Positions 32,768 to 42,088 of a stretch of DNA of 64,000 nt are shown piece after piece. This DNA is from Prasinococcaceae sp. CCMP 1430 (taxonomy: Eukaryota > Plantae > Prasinodermophyta), in contig RQSC01000869.1 in NCBI GenBank assembly GCA_013416795.1, positions 1-64,000 on the forward strand, in the 5' to 3' direction. The notes beneath the pieces are model-generated. The model made no database searches. It was not told the origin of the DNA and saw only the letters and a list, made by a program, of their open reading frames with translations. The number at the start of each line of letters is the position of its first letter. Positions within the stretch are counted from its first letter, which is position 1. The translations under genes were made by a program, and so were the position numbers.

Positions 32768-35700
32768 ATGGCCGCGCTCGCGGACGTGGACCAATTTCAG
32801 CCGCACGCGCGCGTCACGGCGAAGAAGGGGAAGGGCAAGGCTGTCCAGAGCACCCACGGCCAGGAGAACCGCGCGCCAGCCGCGCAGCCTCGAGCAACCG
32901 TGCGCGGCTGGCAGAAGGGCGATCCACAGGAGCAGGGCCTCGAAAGGCTCGCAGCCTCAGGAGCGCTGGTCGGCCGGCGGGTGCGCGTCTATTTCGATGT
33001 CGCTAAGATCTGGTACGGTGGTACGATCGACGAGCACGTGCCAAACCATGAGAACGGCGCCGGGTGGTATCGTGTGCGGTTTGACGACTGTGAACACGAG
33101 TACATTGGCCTGCCGGACAGGACAGTGCGCGTGCTGAGGCCCGGTGAGGAGGAGCCGCCGAAAAGGAGAAAGGTTGCACCACCAGGCGGCCCGACAAAGG
33201 ACCCGCACTACATCGTGCCGCCCTTCAACCAGCTGCCGACGCGCGAGCCGACCGACGTGGAAATTCAGCAGTACGGGTCGAAGGGCCAGCGCGCCCAGCT
33301 GTGGGAAAGGCTGGCTAGGGAGGGCAAAGACCCCCCGAAAGTAGCGAGACCGGCCGCGCAGCCCAAGAAAGCGGCGCATCGGGCGAAGGCACTGAAGCCC
33401 CCCCCGGCCAAGGCGGTCAAGGCGAAGGCCTTGGCGACGAAAGCGCCTGCCAAGAGAAAGCGCGAAGAGCCTGCCTCGCAGCCGACGCGACGGACGCAGC
33501 CCCGCACCGCCAAAACAGAGGCATTCATCGCCATGGAGCAAGCTGTGCGGGCACTGAATGACTGTGGTCCCATGGATGAGATGCCGACGCCCGCTGACTC
33601 GAAGGCGGAAACGCACGGTGAATCGGAGGCGGAAACGGACGGTGAACTCGACGGACCCGAGGCCGTAAAGACCATCAAGCGCCTGCGGGCAACGTCAGCG
33701 TCCAAGGGAAAGGGGGACAAACCCAAACCAAAGGGCAAGGCCAAGGCCTCCACCAAGGCTGCAAGAAGCAATGCTAAAGCCGATGCCATGACTGTCGCGG
33801 CTGTCGCTGCTGCGCTCATGGAGGAATATCCACCGTGCGGCGCGGGCCATGCCCGTGGCGCGCAGGCTGTCTTCAGGACCAACGGGCGCGTCTGCGGAAA
33901 GTTTGACGATGCTGGCACCACTCCAGTTCCTTGCAGTGTTGGCGAGTGGATTGCAGACCCAGATTGTCACTGGCCCATGACGATGCTCTACAAGTATGCC
34001 TCCGCTGGCTACGACCTTCGACACATGGAAGACAGGGTGCTACCGAAGACACCCGCTCCGGCGGCCACGGCCGCTACGGCACCAACGGAGGTGACTACCG
34101 AGGTGGCAACACCAGCAGCAGCGGATGCAGAGGCCATGGCGGCTGCGAGCGCGGCGCCTCTCGAGATGGCGGCGCCACATGCAGCAGCTACGGAAGCCGC
34201 AACGGGGTGCGCCGAACCTTCTGCAGGCGAGGAGGGAAAGTCTGCTGAGGAGCCATCCACTAAGACGACCTTCGTCGAGGAGTCCTTCGTCGCTGTGCCT
34301 GGTTGGATCGGCGTCACGGGCCGCACCCGGCGCAGGTGCAATACGACGAACGGAAAGGTACAAGAAGCGCGTGCCCGATGGCACGTAGGGTACTCTGATT
34401 CGTTTGCCGTCGTGCTGTGGGACGGCCCGCGCGCGATGCATATCAGCGTCAACGGCTTTGGCACCGTCGAAGAGGCCGCCACCTTCTTCGACAAGGTCAT
34501 ACTTGTGGCCTACGGCCCTGAAGAGGCCAACCTCAACTATCCGCTGAGCAACTATGCCGATTTCATGAGAGAACGTGGCTTTGGCGCCAAGGATGGCGGC
34601 GTGCACTCAACGACATTCGTCATCATGGCGTGCCGCCTGCTCGAGCAAATGCAGTTCCTCGCGAGCTGTGACGCACTCGACGCGCGCTCCTCAGAGATTG
34701 ACAAGTGGCGCGACAAGCTACGCGTGCTTGCATCCTCGCTGCAGACGAGCGAGAGCACTGCGACTTTTGGGCAAGCGCTGCTGTTCATCGGCGAGCACTT
34801 GACTCCTTCAGCCTCGGTTGAGGGATGGGAGGCTGTCAGCGCCGCGTGGCGCGAGGACCTCCGCTCGCTCATTAAGGCTACGCGCGCCGGAGAGCAGGTG
34901 CCGTTCATGCCTGTAGTGAAGAACCTCGACAAGCTCGTGGTCGCTGAAATGGGGAAGGAGCTGGCGGCTGCGGGCACGCAGCCAGCCAAGGCGAAGAGGT
35001 GGATGTGGACGCTTTTTGAGGATCGCTACCGCATCCCCGCGATCAAGAAGTACGGTACGACCTTCGCGGCGCTCATGCAGGCGCTTGTGGAGGGAGGCAT
35101 CTGTATGCCGGCATGCCTGGCGCTCGAAAAAGTGGGCGAGCCCGGCGCGCGCGCTTTGGCGGCCAAGCACGCGTACCTCCGCCTCAGCTTCTACGCACGG
35201 CTAGGCGCGACCGAAGAAGAGAAGAAGCACCTGCGCCTTCTCAGGGACAGCGCCAACCGACGCGTCAAGGCCTACGAGGACAGGAGGGGTAGCAGCGAAG
35301 CTGGGCAGCTGCAGCGGCGCTGCACGCGTCACGAGCTCCCACCCGGCCTTCGCGTGGTGGTCATCGGTGCAGGTGTCTCGGGGCTGTACGCCGCCACGCG
35401 TTTGGAGCGCGAGGGCGCGCAGGTGGTTGTTCTTGAAGGCCGCGATCGCATCGGCGGGCGCATGAATACGCACACGCTGTCTGGCGTGCTCGCGGGCGGC
35501 GATGCGGTTGCGTCGACCGTCGATCTCGGCGCCTCCTTCATCTGTGGCACCGATCCCAGGCCGCCGGTGAATCCTATCTTCAGCCTCATCAAAGAGGAGG
35601 GGATAAGATCGATGGCCAAGCACCGCGATGGCGCGGCGTGGTTCGACGGCGGCGGAGTGCGCATCCCGAGAGGAACAAGCGACAAGGTTGAGGGCCTCGC

Positions 35701-36874
35701 CGCAGACGTGCTCGACGCACTACTGCCAATGGCCGAAACTTGCGGTGCAGACCTGACCATCGCGGAGGCAGTCGAGGCACAGCTCGAGGCACGCGGTGAG
35801 GATGTCGACGAGGAAACGCGCAGGCTCCTCATGTCTTTCTACTCGGACGTCTACGTTGAGGACATGAGCCAGCTGGGCCTGAAAGAGATGGTGTCTGAGG
35901 GGTACTCGGGCCACCACGAGCTTATCATTAACGGCTACAAGCGCGTGGTGGAGCGCATCAGGGACATGGGGCGAGACGACAAGCCGCTGCGCGACCTGCG
36001 ACTGGGAACGCGTGTGACTGGCGTGCGCATGGTCGACGGCGGGGGATGCGTCGTGAGCACGGACGCCGGCGAGGAAATCCAGTGCCACGCCGTGCTGTGC
36101 ACGCTCTCGCTCGGCGTGCTGCAGTGCAGCGCGGGCACAGCACACGCTCGGAGCGTCGAGGCCGCATCGAAGGCGGCCGCCAAGGCACGCGGCGACACGT
36201 ACGCGCCGCCCGCGCGCGTTCGGTTCGAGCCGCCGCTCCCGCCGTTCAAGTTGGGCGCGCTTGAGCGCCTGCGTATGGGCACCGAGAACCGCGTAGCGCT
36301 CCTGTTCCAAGAGTGCTTCTGGGGCGCCGAGCACTTCCTGCGACCCGTCGATGGCGCGTACTCGTTCTTCAACAACGACGCGCTCGGCCTCCGCGGCGTC
36401 ATCTCGGCTTGGATCCGCCCGCAGGCGGTGCAGAGGCTCGAAGCGATGACCGACGAGGAGGCGCGCGACGATGTGCTGGCTGCTCTGCGCGAGATGTTCC
36501 CGGACGCCGCCGGCATCGAGCCGCTCGACTACGTGGTAACTCGCTGGGCATCGGACCCGTTCGCCATGGGCGCGTACTCGTGCGTGCCTGTGGGTGCCAG
36601 CCGCGCGGACTACGACCGCCTAGCGATGCCCCTCACCGGCGACCCCGAGACGGACGCCGAGACAGGCACACAATTGCGGGGCAGCGCCTCCCGCGTGGCG
36701 CAGCGCCTCTATTTCGCGGGGGAGGCAACCTTCAAGGAGGACTCGTACACTGTGCACGGCGCGTACGCGTCGGGGATCCGCGAGGCGAAGAATATTGCTG
36801 CGTGGTGGCACGAAAACCATCTCGAGGCGCTGCAGTGGGAGGTGGCTGGCAGCGCGGGCTTGAAGGGCGGCTAG
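32768..36874 (+). CDS. LSD1/LDL-like flavin amine oxidase fused to Tudor-like and AP2-like domains
   Basis: Tudor-like LVGRRVRVYF..WYGGTI..YRVRFDD; AP2-like WIGVTG..RW..LWDG..GFGTVEEAATFFDK..GPEEANLNYPLSNY; FAD-binding VVVIGAGVSGLYAA..VLEGRDRIGGR; VDLGASFI; RWASDPFAMGAYS; LYFAGEAT..TVHGAYASGIREA. Confidence 0.85.
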   Translation: MAALADVDQFQPHARVTAKKGKGKAVQSTHGQENRAPAAQPRATVRGWQKGDPQEQGLERLAASGALVGRRVRVYFDVAKIWYGGTIDEHVPNHENGAGWYRVRFDDCEHEYIGLPDRTVRVLRPGEEEPPKRRKVAPPGGPTKDPHYIVPPFNQLPTREPTDVEIQQYGSKGQRAQLWERLAREGKDPPKVARPAAQPKKAAHRAKALKPPPAKAVKAKALATKAPAKRKREEPASQPTRRTQPRTAKTEAFIAMEQAVRALNDCGPMDEMPTPADSKAETHGESEAETDGELDGPEAVKTIKRLRATSASKGKGDKPKPKGKAKASTKAARSNAKADAMTVAAVAAALMEEYPPCGAGHARGAQAVFRTNGRVCGKFDDAGTTPVPCSVGEWIADPDCHWPMTMLYKYASAGYDLRHMEDRVLPKTPAPAATAATAPTEVTTEVATPAAADAEAMAAASAAPLEMAAPHAAATEAATGCAEPSAGEEGKSAEEPSTKTTFVEESFVAVPGWIGVTGRTRRRCNTTNGKVQEARARWHVGYSDSFAVVLWDGPRAMHISVNGFGTVEEAATFFDKVILVAYGPEEANLNYPLSNYADFMRERGFGAKDGGVHSTTFVIMACRLLEQMQFLASCDALDARSSEIDKWRDKLRVLASSLQTSESTATFGQALLFIGEHLTPSASVEGWEAVSAAWREDLRSLIKATRAGEQVPFMPVVKNLDKLVVAEMGKELAAAGTQPAKAKRWMWTLFEDRYRIPAIKKYGTTFAALMQALVEGGICMPACLALEKVGEPGARALAAKHAYLRLSFYARLGATEEEKKHLRLLRDSANRRVKAYEDRRGSSEAGQLQRRCTRHELPPGLRVVVIGAGVSGLYAATRLEREGAQVVVLEGRDRIGGRMNTHTLSGVLAGGDAVASTVDLGASFICGTDPRPPVNPIFSLIKEEGIRSMAKHRDGAAWFDGGGVRIPRGTSDKVEGLAADVLDALLPMAETCGADLTIAEAVEAQLEARGEDVDEETRRLLMSFYSDVYVEDMSQLGLKEMVSEGYSGHHELIINGYKRVVERIRDMGRDDKPLRDLRLGTRVTGVRMVDGGGCVVSTDAGEEIQCHAVLCTLSLGVLQCSAGTAHARSVEAASKAAAKARGDTYAPPARVRFEPPLPPFKLGALERLRMGTENRVALLFQECFWGAEHFLRPVDGAYSFFNNDALGLRGVISAWIRPQAVQRLEAMTDEEARDDVLAALREMFPDAAGIEPLDYVVTRWASDPFAMGAYSCVPVGASRADYDRLAMPLTGDPETDAETGTQLRGSASRVAQRLYFAGEATFKEDSYTVHGAYASGIREAKNIAAWWHENHLEALQWEVAGSAGLKGG

Positions 36875-37061
36875 GGGCCTGGCGCGTCCGCGTCCCAGGG
36901 CGTCGGCAAACCCTTCGGAGGAGAGGGGCCGAGCGAAAGGGGGGACACAACCATTGCGGAGGGCTATTGCGCCCTTTTGAGGAGCGTGGCGAAAGCCTTC
37001 TCACCCCCGCCCTATTGAGTGTACTAAAATACAAACATGTGTATACATTGCCCCCTCATCA

Positions 37062-38520
37062 TCACTGCGCTAAGCGGCAGGCAGCGACGTCCAGGCTGCC
37101 GTCTTCGCACAATTTGCAACCCTGCCCTTCGAGCCAGGCGCGTGCCTCCTCGCGCAGCCGCGCAGCGCGGTCGCCCTCGCCCTCATCTGCGCGCTCGCCG
37201 GCACCAGCGTCCGTTTGCTCAAAGCCCAACCAGCGCACAAGCATGTCCGGCGGCAGCGGAGTCCTATATGCAGCGAGCATCGCTGAGAGCGCCCGTCGGC
37301 GCACCTGCGACAACGCGCATCAGTTCAGTCAGTTGTGCCGTTTTTCGGGGGATGGCGGGTGGGTGGGTGGGGGTGAGAATGAAGGGCGCAGGGCGTGAGC
37401 GCAGGATCGCGTGCGCGCAGGGGTGCACGCCCACGCACCTTGTTGATTGCAGTGTCGAGCACATAGGGCGTCATGCGCGGCGCCCCCTCGAATGCGTGGA
37501 AGAATCCCAGCCAGTCCGAGCGCGCGAGCGCTGCGGCCGCTTGCAGCGCGTGGCGAACGGCTTTGGAGCGCGCCACCTTTGGCGGCAGCGCCGCGGCCTC
37601 GCGCATGGCCTCGGCGAAGCCCGCACCAGCGCCAGTGCCCTCGCTCGTGCTGCTATCCCACGCCGAGCACGCCGCGAAGAGCACGCGGTAGGCCGCGAAC
37701 TCGGCCTTGGCACCCATACGCCCTTGCACGCCCTCGGCATGCAGTGCCTTGGCCAGACTCGCGCACTGATGGTACTCGGCTGGGTCTCGTGCCTCGAGCG
37801 CCACGCGTGCATGAGTTTCGTACACGTCGGCAGTGAATTCGTCGCGGACATGTTGCACGGTAAGGTCCTGCCGAATCGACTTGAGCGCCTCACACGTGGC
37901 GAGGTAATCGGCTTCGCCGTCCTGCCAGCGTCGCTTTGCGAGCGCAAACGCCTCTCGCAGGACGGCGGGCGGCCGCACGGCGGCTGCGTCGGGCGCGGCC
38001 GTCAAGCGCAGGTAGCGCTTGTCGAGCGAATTCGAGGTGCCCACCACAGGCGACGCGGTCGAAGCATCAGCCTTCCGCTGCTCCCCCGCACGCAGCATCG
38101 CCGCGAGCGACACGCTGCCCGCCGCCGCCGGCGACGCAGACAGCGCGGCGTCGCCAAAGCGGGAGCGACGGTCGGCAAGCGCGGCTGGCGAGCGGTCGAG
38201 GCCGCACGCCGGCGAGCGCACGGGCGACGCGGCAGCCGACGCGAGTCTCGCACTGTTGGCAAAGGTCAGCAGCGAGGGCTCCGCGCGCGTCTGCTGCTCC
38301 TGTTGCCGCCGCTGCCTCTCCTTGGCAGCGGCGGCCGCCGCCTCAGCGGCTTCGCGCTCGGCCTTGCGCCGCCGCTCAGCCGCGCGCACCGCCTTCCGCA
38401 GCGCGTCGGCACCGTCCCCGCTCAGGCGCACGCCATCACCCCTGCCCTCGCCGCGCAGCCTCTTGGCCTTCCTAGGCGCCTCGGCGCCGCCCCCGGCGCG
38501 CTCACCTCCAAGCTGCACAT
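37062..38520 (-). CDS. SAC3/GANP/THP3 (LENG8-like) PCI-domain protein; intron 37438-37305; start unresolved at poly-G tract
   Basis: VVGTSNSLDKRYLRLTAAPD...VRPPAVL..A; YLATCEALKSIRQDLTVQHVRDEFTADVYETHARVALE..D..EYHQC; EFAAYRVL; VRHAL. Confidence 0.88.
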
Positions 38521-38527
38521 TGTGCCA

Positions 38528-38570
<43 letters not shown>
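38528..38570. repeat. Poly-G tract (43 nt) between divergent SAC3-like and SPF30 genes
   Basis: Uninterrupted G run ending 2 nt before the SPF30 ATG. Confidence 0.95.
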
Positions 38571-38572
38571 CG

Positions 38573-39819
38573 ATGTCGACGCCGGCGGAGACGGCGGAGG
38601 CCGCGGAGGCGGCGGAGGTTGCCGCGCCCGACGAGCTGCGCGAGCAGCTCGCCGAGCACCGCGCCTCCCTCGCCGAGCTCGAGGCGCTGCTCGCCGCCGA
38701 TCCGGACGACGCCGAGGCGCGCGCAGCCGCCGACGACACCAGAGAGGTCATCGCGCTCACCGGTGAGGGCTCGCGCGGCGCCGCGGCGCGGCGCGGCGCA
38801 GGGGAGGACGGGTTGGGGCAGTTGTGGAGGCGCCCGGTGCGCGCGTGCCTGCGCATCAGTCGCTGTTGTGTGCGGGTGGTTGGTTAGCATGCTGCGTGGT
38901 GCGGTGCGTCTCTGCCCGTGGAACGTGGCCACAGGCGAGGGCGCTCGCTCGTGCGAGCGCATGTTCTCTGCGAGCCAGCTGACACGGCGCCCGCTCGCCC
39001 GTGCGCGCATGACCTGCAGAGGAACTTCTCGCCGAGGCAGAGGCTGCGCAGGCTGGTGGAAGCGCCGTCAATGTTGGCAGCGTCCTTGAGCCGCCGGTCG
39101 ACCATGCAGCTGCCGCGGAGCAGCCCGAGTCTCTCAAACGCAAGAGTCGCTGGGGAGATTTGCCGGCGCACGCGCAACAGGCGTTGGCGGCGGCGCAGGC
39201 GAGGGTGGAGGTAGTACAGCAGCAAGAAGTACAGCAGCAGCAGCAAGAAAGCGCGGCGCCGCTGCCGCTTCCAGCTCTCGTGGGCACAGGGTTCGCAGTT
39301 GGCAGCAAGGTCGAGGCGCGTTTCAGCGACGGCAAGTGGTACGAGGCGACGGTTGTGTCGGCTGCTGACGGCGGCGGTGCGGTGGTTCGCTTCAAAGGTT
39401 ACGACGGTGTTGAGAGCGTCGGTGCAGAGGATGTGCGTGTGCCCTCACAGCATCCCCGCCCCGCGATCGTCGACGGCTTGGCCCCCGAGGAGATTGTGAA
39501 GCTCGAGATGCCCAAAAAGCTGCTCGTCAAGGAGACCGACGACGAGGCCACTCGAAAGAAGAAAAAGAAGGGCGCGAAGGCGTTCAAGAGCGCCCAGCGC
39601 TTCGCCAGGTACGATGTTGAGCAGAACGAGCGCACGAACAGCTGGAAGAACTTCCAGGCGGGCAGCAAGAAGAAGAAGAAGGCCGGCTTCTTTAGCGGTG
39701 GTGCACCAAAGGAGTCAATGTTCAAGTCGAGCGAGCACGGCAAGGTGGGCGTGATCGCGCATGGCTTCACAGAGGGGACGAAGGCAACCAAACACGCCAA
39801 GGGAAAGGGGCCCCTGTAG
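38573..39819 (+). CDS. SPF30: Survival-motor-neuron-related splicing factor 30 (Tudor domain); exons 38573-38762, 39020-39819
   Basis: N-terminal ELREQLAEHRASLAELEALLAADPDD; Tudor FAVGSKVEARFSDGKWYEATV..VRFKGYDGVESV; PKKLLVKETDDEATRKKKKK..KAFKS; NSWKNF; KESMFKS...GKVGV. The intron restores frame in phase 1. Confidence 0.88.
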
Positions 39820-39847
39820 CTGAAGTAATAGTACAGTGTATTGTATG

Positions 39848-40816
39848 TCACAAAAATGAGGCGCCCGGTGGCGCTGCCTCCACATCGGCGGAGGTCATCG
39901 TCATCCCTTTGGCGCGCACCGGAGTGGCCTTGCGCCCGCACTCCTTGTCGTCTGGTTGCAGCCCCGCGTGCGCAAGCGAGTGCGCTCGAATTTCCAGGGT
40001 GCCGATGAGCCAGTCGACGCCTATCAGCGCCGCAAAGAGAAGCTCTGTGACCGGAGCCCACCACATGCGGCCAGTGTCCCTGCCGTACACCGCCAGAACG
40101 GCCGCATACGCCACCACAGAGGTGGCGCCCATCCCCACATTCGCTCGTACAAGCATGGCTCGGCGCGACTGCGCGAGCGCGAGCCATGCCGCGAAGGGCG
40201 ATGGGGACGCCAGTGCGGCGCGGATGTCATTGCCTGCGAGCGCGACGCGTGCTGTGCGCACGACTCGCACACGCGCGAGCACTCGGCCCAGGTGTCCGCA
40301 GAAGAACACCAAGGCGCCAAGCGAGTGCAGCTCGTACTGAACGTCCAGCGGCACCGCCGCCGCAACCAGAAAGCCGACCGTTGCGAGCACTGCGCAAGCC
40401 CTAAGCGTTCGCACCCATCGCCGCAGCCTTGCGCTCTTCTCGAGCGCCACGTCTGGCACCCCATCGCCGGAACGCAAGAGCACCCACTCGTCATGCGAGA
40501 CCATCGCCGCGAAGGCGATCGCCCCAGGAACGAGACCAGCTACGAATACTTCGCGCTCGGGGCTCATCACTCCAGTGGCGGAGATCGTTGGCATGCCGCC
40601 ACTAGGCACGTCGCACTCGCTAGCCTCTCGATACACCTCACATGCTGCTCGCGCCGTGTGGCCGTGCGCGAAGAAGAGCGCATGCGTCGCCGCTATAACG
40701 AGCACGACGAACACGAGGCTCGCCGCGTGTAGCCGCCACACGAAGCGTGGCGCGTCGCTCCACGCGGGCAGCGCGGCGCAGGTGGCGGCCGCGCACCCGC
40801 GAGCGGCCGCCGCCAT
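39848..40816 (-). CDS. Frag1/DRAM/Sfk1 (TMEM150-like) membrane protein
   Basis: About six hydrophobic segments; family motifs MPTISATG..PEREVF and LHSLGALVFF; final helix WAPVTELLFAALI. Confidence 0.72.
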   Translation of the reverse strand: MAAAARGCAAATCAALPAWSDAPRFVWRLHAASLVFVVLVIAATHALFFAHGHTARAACEVYREASECDVPSGGMPTISATGVMSPEREVFVAGLVPGAIAFAAMVSHDEWVLLRSGDGVPDVALEKSARLRRWVRTLRACAVLATVGFLVAAAVPLDVQYELHSLGALVFFCGHLGRVLARVRVVRTARVALAGNDIRAALASPSPFAAWLALAQSRRAMLVRANVGMGATSVVAYAAVLAVYGRDTGRMWWAPVTELLFAALIGVDWLIGTLEIRAHSLAHAGLQPDDKECGRKATPVRAKGMTMTSADVEAAPPGASFL

Positions 40817-41190
40817 CCCCGCCCGCGTCCCCACCCGGGCACCGAGCGCCGTGCCCCGCGTGTGGCACCAGCACCCATGCCGTACCCCGCCTGCACCGCT
40901 CGGTGCGCGTGGCGGCCGTCCGCTGGGGAACTGCGCGTCAACACGGACGCAGTTCCTCGAGATGCGTTTCATATAGGGCTCGTGTGGCTGGGGAGGATAA
41001 AGAGAGAGCGAGGGCAGGTGGGAGTGGGGGTGGGGTGGGGTGGGGGCAGTAGGGTGGTAGAGGTGGCGGCGGTGCCACTTTGCGCGCGGGCGCATCAGTT
41101 CGCGTCGAGGGAGCGCGGCGCCGCGGCTGCGACCGCAACCAGCAGCGACCGCTCGCGGGCGGTGCGCGGGGCGGCGGCGGCCGCGGCGCG

Positions 41191-41853
41191 ATGCCGACGT
41201 GCACGCTGGTGACGACGGCGCAGCCGAATCCGGCACGCGCCAAGGCGGTGCTCGAGCACGGCCTGACGAGCGTGCTGTCCGAGGGGGCGAGCGTGCCGCG
41301 CGAGTACGTGCACATCCATGCGGTATTCGGCGCGCAAGGGACCTTCGGCGCGGTCTCCGACACGCCGGTGCGCACGCGCGGCGCGGTGCTGACGGGGCGC
41401 GGCGCGGTGCGGCGCGCCGCAGTGTTTGGCGGCGGCGGGCACTTTTGTGCCTGCCACTGCCGCCACCGGAGGCGCTGCGGGATGGAACATTGCATGTGCC
41501 TAGAGACTCGTACCAGCACGCATTGTTCGCACTTTCGCGACCCCTGACTCGTCCGACCATGCGCCCACGCGTACCTTGTCCGCGCGCGCACCCTCGCGGC
41601 GCCCTCGCCACCGCTTTGCGTGGCGCATGTCCGCGCTGCCCCTGGCTGCGCCACTCGCGAACAGTGGGCGCAACTGCGCATCGCTGTGATCAAGGGCCAA
41701 CTCTCGCCCGAGAAGAAGGCAGCCGTCGCCGAGGGCGTGACGAAGGCGTGCGCCGTGCTGGAGGTCGAGGCTGACCGCGTGCAGGTGGTCTATGAGGAGC
41801 TCGATAGGGGCAACATCGCCATCGGCGGCAAAACCCTCACCGAAAACATCTGA
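41191..41853 (+). CDS. MIF/tautomerase-superfamily protein (~121 aa); exons 41191-41367, 41665-41853
   Basis: Met-Pro1 start (MPTCTLVT); beta-alpha-beta repeat; VPREYVHI..FG...P|WAQLRI; EADRVQVVYEELDRGNIAIGGKT. Confidence 0.75.
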
Positions 41854-42088
41854 CCGCGCCCGGGGGCAGCCGCGCGAGGACGCGGGGGACAGAGGCATCT
41901 GCTCTGTGTGGTGCCCAGTCTTGTAAGTAACCGCGGCGGGGCCGCACTACCTAGAGGCGACGCGAACTGCAATGATAAATGGATGCTGGGCAGCTCTTAA
42001 ATGCGCAAGCCGCCCCCCGGAGCGGTGGGTGACACCCACGAGGTGCGCGCGTCTGCGGGCGTGAGAGCGTTTCGGACAAGCGGTCACC

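Noticed and set aside
38521-39010. Poly-proline N-terminal extension of the SAC3-like ORF through the poly-C/G tract
   Set aside because: It overlaps the SPF30 coding exon on the other strand; the poly-P simply translates the homopolymer.
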